Shown here: positions 34,301 through 47,929 of the stretch, one piece after another
Numbering within the stretch: position 1 is the first letter of the stretch
How the letters are laid out: every line of letters starts with the position of its first letter
Source: Marsupella aquatica
Taxonomy: Eukaryota; Plantae; Marchantiophyta
DNA length: 64,000 nt
NCBI GenBank assembly: GCA_973895155.1
Contig: OZ316899.1
Coordinates: forward strand, 9,918,287-9,982,286
Direction of reading: 5' to 3'
Translations under genes and position numbers: made by a program
Notes under the pieces: model-generated
Database searches by the model: none
Told to the model about the DNA's origin: nothing
Seen by the model: only the letters and a program-made list of their open reading frames with translations

Positions 34301-37300
34301 CATACCAGGGTCACAAAGGATTGACAAAACTTCTGAAATGTGCCTACAATGTCTAATCACTCCATACATAAGTAGTTTAAACTCTCCACTTCTAGAGAGG
34401 TAGTCCCCTTGACTACTTTTGTACTCACACCCTTCCCCTCTCCTCTACTCCAAGGATCAGCAAGGGGGATCTCCGCTCCAAGCTGTCACCTTAGAGTAGA
34501 TTCTCACACAAACACCCAAGAACCAAAGTACTTTCCTCTTCAAGCTTAAGTCTCCTCAAGACCCTCAAAGTAGTGTTACCCCTCAACCTTGCCCCCTGGC
34601 CTTGGTTTGGGTCCACACATCCCTCTTTGAGCTCTAGAGAAGGCTCCTCTATCTAAGGACTCTTCCTCTTGTTCTTACTTCTTGTTAACACCACACACCG
34701 AGCAAAATACTTTCCACCCTCAAGCTATAATCCTTTCTAAGTCTCAAAGTAGTGCTCTACCTTAACCTTGCCTCCTTGGCCTTGGTTTTGTACTAGCACA
34801 TCCCCTTCAAGCTTAGACCAAGATTATATCATAGCATGGACTCTTCTCTTGCTCTCATGACTTCAAATGCACTCACACTTAATGGTCACAATGAAGATTG
34901 GCAAGTCTCCTTTTATTGCATCACCTTTACAACAAAAGTTCACTACACATTCTCCACACTAAGCATGGATCACCTCTCCCTTCTCAAGCTTAGCCCTACC
35001 TTGGCAAGGTAGAGATTCCGCTTAAGAGATGAGACTCCCGATCCCTAACAAATGAAAACTTACTCCTTATATACTATTCTCCTTCCACACCACACCAAGC
35101 TTGACCTGGGGTCCAACTACTCCTCCCCCAAGTCCTCCTAACACACAAAGTCCAACTCTATAGTTCGTAGCCCACCCTATAACCTATTGTTTGGACTCCT
35201 TCCAAGCCCTGGAATATACCACACATGAGTTGCATGCTTTGACCTCCAAACCTGCTCCCACTTATGGTCCTCCTCACCAACTTCCCAACCCACTTGAAAT
35301 CTCGCAAAAAGAGTGAGTGAGTCTCAAGTTGTGCCTAGTCAAAGATGGTCTTATTTTACTAACTACCCTAAGTAAACTACCCCCTATACTTACTTTTCTT
35401 AACATGATGGCCTTACACCTTTGAACAAAGGTAAATACCCTTCCCTAGAGCCTAACTAAAGTAGTATGGGTGCAAGAAAGGTCAGCCCCTAAATCTGGTA
35501 GTCATTCCCCTATGCCGACTTTGGTTTGCAAGCTATCGGGACCCCCTCATGGCCTTGGCTAAAATATAGTTGAGTGACTCTTTTTCTGGGTTTCCACCTT
35601 CACCAAGGGGTGCCTTACCTTCCCCTAACTCAGCACAAAAACAATTGGGCCCCAACGGATACCCCTAGCCAAAGTTATGCCCATTCTCCCAAGGCCTGTT
35701 TTTGGTGTAAAGCGGGTGTAAGCGGCGACCCGATTACACTTACTTTACACGCCCCTTATGGAGATTCCAGGTGTCACCAGGGGAGAGTACTCTCATTATA
35801 CTCACGTTTCTTATGAAGAATTTGAGAAGGACATCAATTTTTGCAGCCATTTTCCTCTCTCTTGAATTCAATCTGAAAGTGCATCATTCTCTGTTGGATT
35901 TGAATGGCAGCAGGTCAACCACGTTTGCAGCATCCTTCTCAGTCCACCTCCATAGCCATCTAGCCTTGCAGGTGATTCAAAATCGCAACAAAATTTTGCA
36001 GCAGCCATAGCCCACCAATTCGCAGCTAGCCCTCTTAATTCCTTCCTTGCAGCTGGTCCGTTTGCTACTACATTCAATCAATTTGCTAGCAGCCTAGCTC
36101 TATTCTCCAGCAGCCGGCCATAGCTCACCCTTCTCAACTTCGTAGCTAGTAGAGCAGCAACACTATTGAGCTAGCAGCATACTTACTAATCAGCCAACAC
36201 TCAACATCTCGTGCTTGAAGCTAGCCCTTCTAATTCTGGTGGAGCAGTAAGTCTAATCAGCTGCCAGCCCTTCAATTTCATAGCCCACCATAGCTCACAG
36301 CCAGCCAACTAGCTCTTGATCAGCAGCAACCTATTTCTCCATAGCAAGCAACTCTATTCCAATCAGCAGCATCAAGGCAGCCAGCCAATTCTGATCAGCA
36401 TCCCATGCCTGAAGCTATAGCAGCTCAATTCAATTTCGTAGCTGCCTCTTGATCCCAATTCAAAGCAAGCATCTCATGTATTGACCCTTATGGTGTTCCT
36501 GACCTCGTGCTCGAGTCCCCCGGCCTTGTGCTTAAGTCATGGTCGCCGCCGACGCGGTTGACACTTAAAAAAAATTCGGATTTTTTTGTTGGGAAAACAG
36601 TATTTCCAGGCCATTTTGGACTGCCCCCAAAAATCACACATGAGTCCAAAATGACTTCTGAGTATATATAAATATTCTCTGGACATAGGAATATGTCATG
36701 GTTTACTAATATCTAAACAAAACCTTATCACCAATTTTCTAAAATTAGGTAAAGTGGGTCAATTATTATGTTTTCCAACCTTCTTCTCACCTTTGAGATG
36801 CTCCCAAAAAGTAACCAAAGATACCCAGCTTCTACCACAAGTTTCCAGGAATAGAGTGGACCATATTTAACCCACTTCCAAACTTGGAACTCCTAAATTT
36901 ACTCATTAGCTATTTTTCCCGGGACCCGCTATTTTGTTAATTTAAGTCACACCAAAACACAAGGAAACCCTAGGTTGAGACCCCACTTGACATCTAACTT
37001 TTTAGGGGTGCTCTAGGGACCTCCTAGCATCTATGGGAAAAATCTGAACCAAAACTAAGACTTCAAGTGTCGAGTTGTTTCTCTGGTTCGAAATAGTCGC
37101 CTATTCTAAATAAGGACGGAACGTTGTATGTCCCATCATAAAAACCTTTCTTATCCCTTGTCACTTGCTTACAGCTCAGTAACCTTCCATTCCACTATCT
37201 TTCCTATTCTACCTACTTAAGTTCCTAAAACCTAGTTACTCCGATAGCACTTAAAACGTCTTTCTTACTATTCCTTGTTCCAAAAACAAAAAAATGACAA

Positions 37301-37407
37301 GTTTCTTACATAAACCTATATCAAGTCATTCCACATTAGTGCACCAACGGGGCTGGGATCAAGTAGTTAAAGAAGCTCTCGGTTAGTTATACTGTGACCC
37401 TTGTGTA
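34301..37407. mobile_element. Putative non-autonomous TIR element nested in the LTR-type insertion
   Basis: Imperfect inverted ends CATACCAGGGTCACA / TGTGACCCTTGTGTA, TAT on both flanks, sharp composition change, internal ~180-bp direct repeat at ~34505-34855. Confidence 0.45.
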
Positions 37408-37641
37408 TATTCATGTTTCCTCATACCTAAGAGATGAATAGAGTTGGCCAGTATATGTGAGTAAAATGTCTATCCAATATATGTGAGTAAAATGTTAATA
37501 GTAATAGTAGTAGAAGGAGGTTAGCAGCGTCCCATGCCGCTAAGCCACGAAATCGGCCTCGCCAAGAGCGAAACCTGCGGGAATCAGCTTGTGCAGAAGG
37601 GTTTCTTGGGTCTAGGGAGCCATGGGACGCACCACAGAGTC

Positions 37642-40600
37642 TAGAAGAGTGTCCATAGGTCACCCTCCCCCTTGGACCCATCCAACATCTGCCAGGTTGC
37701 CTCTACATCATCCAATGAGGGTTTCGCAACACGACCAAAAGCTCTGGAATCGGGAACAGGCCAAAGTGTCACGGTCGGGTCCAAGTTCACGAATCAGATC
37801 CTTGCACTCAATACAATGGCTCCCACACCAGAGTCTTGAGGCAGATTCATGGGCACTTGGCAATTCATGGGAGACACCCTCGTGGCGTGTTACAAACGAT
37901 CCAAATGAGGCTGATTCTTCATATGAGGAATGGAGGGCTGACTTCGAGAATGCAAATAGTGCAAGGCGGGACCAGTTCTTCATTGGTGGGTTGGCAGATG
38001 TGATGACTCAACTGGGTGGGTCTGAAGTCCTTCCGCAACCTGCAGACGAAGGGATCAATGTTCAGCAAATGGTGCAGGATATTTTCCAGGACATGGATGC
38101 AATGCGGGAGGACATGGAAGATGCAGAGAGTTTGAGACCGTACCGGGTGATGACCACGAGTCTTCGGATGAGTTTGAGATTGGGCAACAGGCTGTTGGAG
38201 ACAACACCATGTTTGGCTCCCCAACCAAAGTTCAGGAGGCCTTCAATCCGCTGTTCCCAGGAAGCAATTGTTCCAAATTAGCATTTGTGCTAATGTTTCT
38301 GAATATTTGTGGCAACCACAATGTGCCAAACATCTTTGTGTCCAAAATTCTGGCCTTCTTGTAGAAAACAGTGCTGCCAGGAGGTAATCTAGTGCCAAAA
38401 AACATGTACGAGGCAAAGAGACTGATATCAAAACTTGGGCTGAACTATGAGTCAATACATGTCTATCCTGATGGGCATGTTCTTTTCAGAAATGAACACA
38501 AGAAGAAGTTGACATGCCCTACATGTGGGAAGCACAGGTACCGGAACAATGGGAAGTCCAAGCAACCTGCGAAAGTGCTCCGACACTTTCCTATAATTCC
38601 CAGACTGCAGCGAATGTTTAGGAGCCGTGCCATATCAGAGTTGATGACATGGACAGCTAAGAACAAAAGTCAAGATGGGCTACAACGCCATGCTGGAGAT
38701 TCAAAGCAATGGAAGTTCATTGATGATGCGTATCCTGAGTTTGCTAGGGAGACAAGGAATGTCAGGCTTGGGTTATCATTGGATGGGGTGAACCCATTTG
38801 GCAAGAAGAACAATGCGTACTCTTGTTGGCCTGTAACCCTTTTGAATTACAACCTTCCCCCATGGTTGACTACAAAGCGGTTCTTTGTAATGTTGGCATT
38901 GTTGATTCCAGGGCCAGACAGTGCTGTTGCAGCCAATATAGATGTGTATCTCGCTCCTCTAGTAGAGGAACTGAGAAAGCTATGGTACACAGGAGTGCTC
39001 ACATATGATATGCTGCAAAGGATTGGTGAAGCCAATCCATTCTTGCTTAGAGCTATTGTAATGTTGACTATTGCAGATTACCCTGCCCATAGCATGATTG
39101 CAGGCCAGGTTGGGAAAGGATATTTAGCTTGCACAAGATGTGGCCCCCAAGTGACAAGTGACTATTCAAAGTCCTTGAAGTGTATCAAATACCTTGGTCA
39201 CCGTTGGTTTCTGGCCTCTGATCACCCTTACAGACGTAGACCCAATCTTATAGCACATTTTAACAATTGCACGGAGCTCCGCGGTCCCCCACCTCAAGTG
39301 AAGAAGGAGAAAATAAGTTCTTGGGGGGCTGCCAAGGCACGGTATGATGCAGATGGAGGAGCAGAGGATGGAGTACGGGATCCTGCAAGGTTGTATGGTG
39401 TGAAACAACAGTCCATTTTGGACTTGCAGCTGGAGTATTGGCAAGTAAGCTCCTCTCCCCAACAATTCAATCAATTTTAGTTGTTAGATTGTATGAAGTA
39501 ATTAGTAATTATGTATTATGAAGCATGATATTTTCTCATTGCTTGATGTTGTCAAGTTGCAGGAGTTTGATCCAAACAAACATAATATTGATGTTATGCA
39601 CATAGAGAAGAACATATGCGAGAGTCTACTCCGATTTTTGAGTGGAGAGAAAGACACGGACTCTGTACAAATGGATCTACAGGACAAGGGAATTCGACCC
39701 CACCTTTGGCTTACAGCACACCAGAGCAGGGCAAACGTGTTTCTGAAGTACCAAGCACCATATTGTTGCACAGACACAGAGTGGCAGGTCTTCTTGTCAA
39801 GGTTGAGTTCACTCTGAGCTCCCAGAGATTATGCTAGTGCATTCAAGAGGCATGTGAAGCATGACAAATTGCAATTTGGGCGAATGAAAACTCATGACTA
39901 CCATGTCATGATGCAACAAGTCCTGCCATTATGCCTGAGGGGCCTCATGCAAGAGCCCGTGTGTAAGGTCATACTGCGTCTCAGTGATCTGTTCCGCAGA
40001 GTTTGTGTGAAGGTGTGGGATGCTAGACAGTTCCCCAATTGAAGAAAGATGTGGCACTATTGTTGTGCGACCTTGAAATATATTTCCCGCCTGCATTCTT
40101 TGATGTAATGACTCATTTGCTCATCCATGTTGTGGAAGAACTAGACCAATACGGGCCGGTGACAGCACGCTGGTTGTACCCCCTGGAGCGGTATATGAAG
40201 TTGATGAAGGGTCATGTGTGATCAATATAGGCCAGAGGCAAGTATGGCTCAGGGTTATATAAAGGATGAAACTCTGGGCTACATCACAGAGTACCTAGCA
40301 GATTATGAGCATGTGACAAGGCGGGTGTGGAATTCAGATGAAGAAGAAGGGGTGTTTGGGGAAGTCCTAGAAGGTGTTGCAACCACAGTGAAGCTGACCA
40401 TCAAAATTAGAGACTTGGCTCATCAGTATGTACTGGAGAACACTGATGCAATGCAACCCTAGCTAGAGTGAGTACCTACTTTGGTCTCCCTGTATGTAAC
40501 TTGTTTTCAATTTGCTTTGCTGCCCTTGGTTCCTAAATTGCACACATGTATAGATTGTGTACTCTGACTGCTAAATCCATGCGCTTCTATGTGTAGGGAG

Positions 40601-41362
40601 TACGAGGCACAGAAAGCAATTCAATCAAGCACATCTGCCACATTCCCATGCATGTCAGAATGGGTGAGATGCACGGTTCGAGAGCATCATGCAAGCCATC
40701 CAAATATGGATGCAGATGTCTATCTCCTGTCCAATCCTCCACGGTTGGTGGTAAAGTCTTACAAACGGATGGCAGCATATGGCAATCACTATAGAGTGAA
40801 GGATGAAACCACTTCTTCCAGGGTAACATATGATTGTGGGCTCATTTGTGTATTTAAGCATGAGAGCCCTGATGAAAGTAGAGGAGTGTTGCAGATGGGG
40901 TATGTAGGAGAACTAAGTCATATTTGGCTTCTTGACTATGGAGCCACATCCACTCCTGTAATTTTGATGAAGGATGAATGGGTAAGACAAGTGTGGCGTG
41001 GTAACAGGGCCAGTATGAAACGAGACCGGGATGGCTTTTTGCTTGCCAATTTCAGGTCCAAGTTGCCCAAATGGGAGCAGCCCTTTGTGTATCCCAGTCA
41101 AGTGGAGCAGGCCTTCTTCTTGGATGTGGAAGAGAACCCAAGTTGGAGGGTAGTGTGTCATAAGCAGCCCAAAAATTGTAGGGTAGAAGGGTCAAAGCTA
41201 GAGTTTCATTTAGATAGGCACAGTGCATTTGAACAACCACGTGCTGGAGATGTTGGCACTGTTCAGACAAGCAGAGAGTATGTTCCTCTAACAAGGGTAG
41301 ATGCTTGGGAAGGTGAGGAGCCATTTGTAGAGGATGAGCCTGACACCATGCATATGCAATAA
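37642..41362 (+). pseudogene. CACTA Tnp2 transposase of element B (Transposase_21, DUF4218, DUF4216), 3 exons; ATG displaced to 30128
   Basis: KVLRHFPIIPRLQRMF, RNVRLGLSLDGVNPF, IDVMHIEKNICES, MKTHDYHVMMQ, FPPAFFDVMTHLLIH. Introns start at 39445 and ~40468. Multiple stops and frameshifts. Confidence 0.95.
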
Positions 41363-41380
41363 TGTTTGTCATTGAATAGG

Positions 41381-42685
41381 ATGGAAGAAGATGATGAGAT
41401 GAGTGAGTCTGAAAAGCAAGCCATGATACGTGCAACATATGTTGATGAGAGGCTGGCAGCCTTGGGAGCTGAGCTCAGACAGGGATTTTCCGCTTTGTAA
41501 GGGAACAATTATCATCCACACTCAGAACCTCTCCAGACTTTGCTCATTGGAATGAATGTACCCGTGTTTACTTAAGTTGTTCAATGGATGTATGTCTTGG
41601 ATGGCATGCAGGCTCCCAGACAAGAGAAGTGTAGGGCCCAAAAGGGCTAGACAAAGCAACCCCGACAGTGCAAGTGGACCTCGGCGATGCAGTGAGAGAC
41701 TAGCAGTGAAGGAAATTCCATCGATGGCAGATTCTGCAGATGAGGGGCAGGATGTGCAGCCCAGTGAAAACCAAAAGGAATTTGATGATGTAGAGTACTA
41801 TCCAGAGGAGGAGCCCGATGCAGATGATGAAGAAAATGGACATGGCAAGCGTACTGTCGTGGAGCCCAGCAAAATTGCGGTAATGAAGTGTTGAAGTAGT
41901 GTATCACAACAATGATATGTTTGTTTCATGCGAGTGTGGCAAGAGGAAGATGCTTCTTTTAAGGTTGTTGTCCTTGCACATATGTGAGTGCAAGCTAGGA
42001 GAGGTGGACTTTCTGCTCGGGGTATGGGCCATGGGCACAGTACAACATCTAGAGGGCAAAGCACAGGGCATTACATTGCACGTGGGTCCGGACCAGTGGG
42101 GCATGGCGGGCACATCCCACCTCCACCTTCAGGTCAAACCCAACAGAGCAGTGGGTATGGAACAAAAACTGTTGGTGTAGGTGGTCACACTGTTGTGTAG
42201 ATATGGAGCCGCAGCACGTGGTGGGCACATCCCACCCTCCATTGCAAGTAGACCAACAACACAAACCCACAGCACAGGACCAGGTCAGGTTAGAGCAACC
42301 CCACGCAGCGAGGGGTATATTGTGGTGTATGGAGCACCACCAACACACCATGCACCCTCTCAGGGGAGAGCAGCCCCACAAGTGGATGGATATGGACCAC
42401 CACCACCTGCCGGGCACACTATTGTGTATGTTACAGGTCCACCACCACCACATATTACACAGGGCCAAGGTAGAGCAAGAACACATACTGAGCAGTATGG
42501 AGCAACAGGACACGATTGGAGATGTGAGTAAATTGTGGCATTTACGTAAATTACTTTGGAAATAATGGGTATGCCAATGTGATGTTAAAGTCCTAAAACT
42601 ATGTTGCTTAATTAATTATGTGACTGCAGATTCTGCCCATCCTGATTGGGGAATAACTGACAAGGAAGTTTACTATGAACCTGAA
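41381..42685 (+). pseudogene. 5' exons of TnpA-like gene of element B (acidic and G/H/P-rich repeat exons)
   Basis: GT-AG flanked exons downstream of Tnp2. Frame YYEPE continues as VEAGQG at 60100 once element C is removed. Confidence 0.6.
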
Positions 42686-43019
42686 CACTAGTAGAAACCG
42701 GGGCAATTTAGACCAAACCTTATAGGACTAAGGCCACTAAGTCCTTTTTTGCAACTTCAAATGACTCAAAACCATTGCACCGGTTCACATGAACACTACA
42801 AAAGACTGTGAGTGCTTTTTGGTTTAGGATAAGACTATCAAAAGTTTCCACGTACCCTAGTTTGTGAAAGGGTGAACACTCTCACACATGATGGTTGTAG
42901 GGTTTAGTTGTCAACTTTAATTTGATAATGGCCATATGGGGGGACTTTACGTCCCGCTATATTGAACACGTACAAACTCAGTAAATGTCTAAATGCCCTA
43001 ATGTCTCATATACTCCATA

Positions 43020-43270
43020 GTGGGTTTAGGGGGGGTTTACGTCTCAAGGGTGGGCCGGTTATATGTGAAGGGTGTGGGGGGTCACCACTAAAGGGGGTTT
43101 AGGGGGGTTTATATGTCAAGGGTGAGTCGGTTTGGATACAACTTGGGGGTGGGGGTCAATAAAGGGGATTTATATCTCAAGGGTGTGCCGGTTATATGTC
43201 AAGGGTGTGGGGGGTCACTAAATGGGGTTTAGGGGGGTTTATATGTCAAGTGTGGGGGGGGGGGGGGTTA
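43020..43270 (+). repeat. G-rich subterminal tandem repeats
   Basis: Repeated GGGTTTAGGGGGGGTTTATATGTCAAGGGTG units. Confidence 0.85.
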
Positions 43271-45409
43271 CATCTTCACGGGGTGAGGGGCTCATGCTTC
43301 ACATTTAGAGTCGTTGTGGTCAACTTCACACCCCAACGGTAAGGGCCTTCTTACCCTAATCAAGTTTAAGGGCGTGGGTTAACGCTTAACTTGTGGGCAC
43401 GGGAGAATCTCATTGATTACTTGGTGGCCTAAGCAAGGGGGTGGGGTCCTGGGTCGGGCATTTGGGGTTTTCCAAAGGGTGCTGGGCTTCACCAACATCC
43501 CATTTTATTCAAGTTTGCCAAGCCAAGAACCGGTGTGCACGCATACCCAAGATTTTTGGGCTAGCATGATCCCGCTTTATTGAAGTTTTCCAAGCCAAGA
43601 AAAATCAGTAACATATCCAAGATGGCCATGCAGTAACACTTTGTAGTGGTGTCTCACTTTGGGTGACACTCAACGGCTCACTCAAACGGTAAGGCTCCCC
43701 TTAATGACTTAAGTCCCCTAATTTGGTAAAGAGGCACTAAACTTCACTTTGGGAGTGACTTTGGAGTGTTCGGGCCATCGTCATTGGACTTAGAACGTGA
43801 GGGGTCCAAGGTTTGGGGTTTTACGTAGGGTTCTTTTTCATGTTGCCCACTTTTGCGATGATTGCAGACTTCCCTTCCCGCGCGTAATGTGATGGTAGGG
43901 CGAAGAGGGTTGTGCTGGTAGGGCGAAGAAGGTTGTGGCTGCGAAAGGGCAATGTGTAGCACAACGGCAACATTGTCAAGGGCAGTCCTGAGTGCTTACA
44001 TTTTCAGTGAGTTGCAGTCCGGGAGGAGCTGTGATCTGGGGACTGAGGCGCTGAGGGTTTAGCTGAGGGGAGGAGTTGTGCGCCATTGCGGTTGCGGACC
44101 AAAGCTTGTGTGGTCAGACAGTGGTGGGAGTTTGGTGGGAGGAGAGCTAAGGTTCCAAGTTTGACTAATCCACAAGTGACCAACCTGCTGCTGCGGAAGG
44201 TGGACCTGCATGCTCCTGCGGAAGGTGGACTACGGAAGGAAATCGCTGAGGAAGGCGATCCATGCGGAAGGCGATTGCTGCGAAAGGTGGACTGTAGTGG
44301 CTCCTTAAGCTCGCGGAGGCATTGCAAAGACAGTCTACTCACAGTGGAGTTGTGCTCGCTGCTCATCGATTGGAAGCTGATTGGGCTGCTCCATCTTCAA
44401 GCTGTACGCGCAACTTTCAGGTGACCTTCTTGAGCGCTGATTCATACACTCCATTGTTTGAGCTAGACTTTCCACTACCATTTCTTCTTCATAGCTACGA
44501 TGACCACTGCATTGCCTTACTCTGTTCATTGCAGTAGCACAACATTGCATGTCCATCACGGGTTTTTCTTTAAGGAATCGCGGAATGACTGGATCTAAAG
44601 CTTGCAGTCTTGACTCAGAACGAGGTTAAACCACCTTTGCAACTTGTCGCTGGCCCTTAGACGCAGAATGCTCCGCTGTGATATTGCCTCCAACTTAAAT
44701 TCTAGTGCCGTCTAGGCAATTAGACTGCTTTTGAGAAAACTGCCCTTCTTAAAAGTGAGCAATACTAATAAATCCCGGTAGGCACAGAGCTGGGCGGAGC
44801 TGCGGGTACTGAGGGAGCTGGGTGTGAGGGTTGGTTATGATGGCCGTGGACCTACCGTGGGCTATGGTGGAACACTCTATTGTCTATGATGATTCTGAAT
44901 CTGCTTGAACCGCGAGTGGATGTGCTTTAAGGCAAACTCGTCAGAGAAATTAGAATGGGGGGACGGAGCTATGAGTGCTTAGGTTGTGGCATTTTTGAGA
45001 TTGTCAAGAGTAATCTGTGATCTCATTTCTAAATGGTTTGAGTTTTTTCTGATGTGCACAGGAATCGGGCTGAGGAAAGCTTTTCGGAAGAAGATTTCTG
45101 CCAGGTCTACGCCTGTAATCCTTTGTCTATTGGTCGCTGTCATCTGCATTTTTTTAGGGACCGTCCACAGTTGCGGTGGGAGTGGATAGTGCTGGTCACC
45201 TGTTCAGTAGGTGCAAGGTGAGAGGGTGGAGAAGACCTGCGCTGCTCAGAATAGAAGTGGCGAGGTTGAGGGGAGCACCCGGGGGAGCAACTGCAAGCTT
45301 ACCATCTTCAGAGTGGGGATTTTCTTGGGGATTTATGCTAAACTGCTCTGGCTTTCTTCTCGGAGGTAAGCTACTCCGGACTGTCACTTAGCGAGTTGGT
45401 CGCGCTACT

Positions 45410-45990
45410 GGAAGTACTACCACTTTTACTATAACGCCAACCTCAGTGCTTTCTATAGAATGCTTTGTTGTTCTTCTACTCGGCATGGCATCATCTTGAT
45501 TGCCCGTCGCGCTGTGACCAGCAATGGAAAGCGTAGACCCTTGCTAGTCAAAAAGCTGCGAGGTCTGATTTATGTCTTGCTGGAGTTTTGTTCCTCTATG
45601 TGCTTTGTTGTGTTAGCTTTGTTTGTTGTGATCTGTCTTACCCTACTGAGTACTAGTTTTACACTCTGCGATCCGACTTCATTCCCTACAAATAAATGGA
45701 CATGACACTGTCTTGCTGGAGTTTTGGTGGTCTAGCTCTGTGCTTTGTTTGCTGTGATTGGTCTTACCCTGTTGAGTACTAGTTTTGCACCCTGTGATCC
45801 GACTTCATTGCCCCGGTGATTTTCTCTATCTCTATCCTCTACATTCAGCTTGCGGGTGGGTTTGTACTACCACTTTTACTATACGGTTCATCTCAGTGCC
45901 TTTTATGGAATGCTTTCTTGTTCTTCTACTCGGCATGGCATCATCCTGATTGCCCGTCGCTGTGACCAGCAACGGAAAGCGTAGACTCGC
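45410..45990. repeat. Interleaved local duplications
   Basis: GTACTACCACTTTTACTATA..GGAAAGCGTAGAC at ~45414-45538 and ~45864-45986; TGTCTTGCTGGAGTTTTG..GATCCGACTTCATT at ~45572-45683 and ~45709-45809. Confidence 0.8.
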
Positions 45991-47929
45991 GTTTGGATTC
46001 AGAGTCTAATCCAGAGTGTAAGGCTCTGAGCAGACCGTAATAGGAAGCCTGCCTGATTCTCTAGCCGATCTGATAGAGAGCCATCCCTGCAAAACCTGTT
46101 TGAGTGTGTTCCAGTGTTCTAGTGTTCAGCTTTCGAGTGGGCTTTTCGATGTTGTCCTCTGTCCTTTTGTGGGAAGTGGAAATTCCAAGCTAAGACATGA
46201 ATTGCCTTTGATTTTGGCTTCAACGTAAGATCTTCATTGCTTCTTCCAAAGCTGTCGTGGCCGAGGTTCCCATTCAGCTCTGTTTCTCCATTTTTGTAGC
46301 CCAATGTGAAGCTCTGAACCTACCTTCTGCTGCACATTTCTCATGTGAGAGTTTAGCTTATTGTTTGTCTTCTGTCTTTTGTTTGTTATCATTCACGTCC
46401 ATGTTTCTTCCTATCAGGTTTGTTTGACTTGTCCTAGTTTGGGCTTTCCTTCTACTGCATTTGGTGGTTTGATTTGCCCTGCGCTGTGAGCACGCGTACA
46501 GTCTTGCAAAATTCCTTTAGAAATCTGGTCAGGTTTATTTGTGAGACAAGCAAATTGCCTTGTTACATCTGGTTCTCTATTACATGCCTTGTTGTCCCGT
46601 CCACTGTTTCCTGGAATTTTGTTTAAGTCGTCCAGAAGAGAATGGTGATTTCTTCTCCAATCAAACAAAACCCCACCCAACCACCACCCAAGAACGTGGG
46701 GTGCGCGCTTCTTAATCCTCCTCAAACTGGCCCCAAGTCTACTGAAACCCCATATATTACCCACCGGCACCATATATCCTGCTATGTTTGATCCTCTGGT
46801 CCCTTTTCTTTAAGTTGCTCTTCGCATTGTTGCTTCATGTGGCCTCAGCATAGCAGTTTGTATTTGTTGTTTCTTGTCCATGTATAATTTCACATTGATT
46901 GACAAGTCTGTATTTCTGCCCGGCCGTTTTAGATTTGGAGAGGAGACAGGGAAGGTTACCATTGTTCATTGTGCTTTTTTTCTCAACTGCTCAGTCGTTT
47001 GCTTTGCTATTCTTGCCAGTATGTTGCTGTCGGAGCTTGTAACTGCTAAGTCTGTTAATTGGTATTAAATTTTGGTATTTCATTTCATTGGTAGTACTTT
47101 GTTTCTCTGTTGTGCTGCATTGAATGCTCCTGTTGATTGTTGTGTGTTCCGTCATAGTTCCTGCTTTTAGATATTCGTTTGTAGAACAATTTTCGATAAC
47201 ACAATTTTGGTATTACTTCAATCCAAAATTCTATGTAAAAAGACATGAAGTAGCCTTTGTGCTTAATTGCTATGTAGCATCTGACTTCATTTGATTTTGC
47301 TACTGCCTGAAATTCATATCTCTTGCTTGAGTCCCACTTTGCTGGAGTTTTGTTGCTCTCTGTGCTTTGTTGTGCACATCAGGAGCGCAGGCATCTGAAC
47401 ACCATGATCAGATCAGATCAGATCATGTCAGTATAGTGTGGATAGCAAGCGAAGGGTGTGTGCTGCATTTTGATATGGACAACCAAGTGTAGAGTTGACT
47501 CTTTGTGAATGTTTTAGCCTGTCTTGCCTTGAACTGGGCCATGGATGAATTGAGCTTGTGAGCAGTTTTTTTTCTTTCCCATCTTCCTGAAGCTTTGTCT
47601 GCTTTCTGCCACCTCAGTGGAGGTTCACTTGCAGAACACGACAACCAGTGAGTTTTCTCTTTGCTGCAACCTGCAAGGTGAGACTTTCAATCTTTCTGGA
47701 TGAAAAAACAGGATCCAAATATGATTTATGTACATGTCCATAGGGAACATGGTTTTATATACATGCTCTTGGTCTTAGGAAGTCAGCATGAAATATGTAG
47801 TTGGAACCAATTTAGTGAGTGGGAACTGATAAGTGCAGGTTGGTTGCTGTGGGCAAGGCAAGTCGACCTCTTGCTCGCCTTGCTCATCAAAGGACGTGAA
47901 CAGAGGACATCACAACAAAAGCAACACTT

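Larger units (their letters stand above)
30136..37636. mobile_element. LTR-type insertion, probably a giant solo LTR with internal ORF, plus a nested insertion
   Basis: TGTGATGC...GCACCACA flanked by 5-bp TSD GAGTC (30131-30135 and 37637-37641). Removing it restores ATG GAG TCT AGA (MESRR..), the start of Tnp2. No gag/pol and no second LTR visible. Confidence 0.85.

Noticed and set aside
34290-34307. Possible minus-strand tRNA-Met PBS (..CATACCA)
   Set aside because: Does not match TGGTATCAGAGC beyond a few bases and no LTR end is adjacent.
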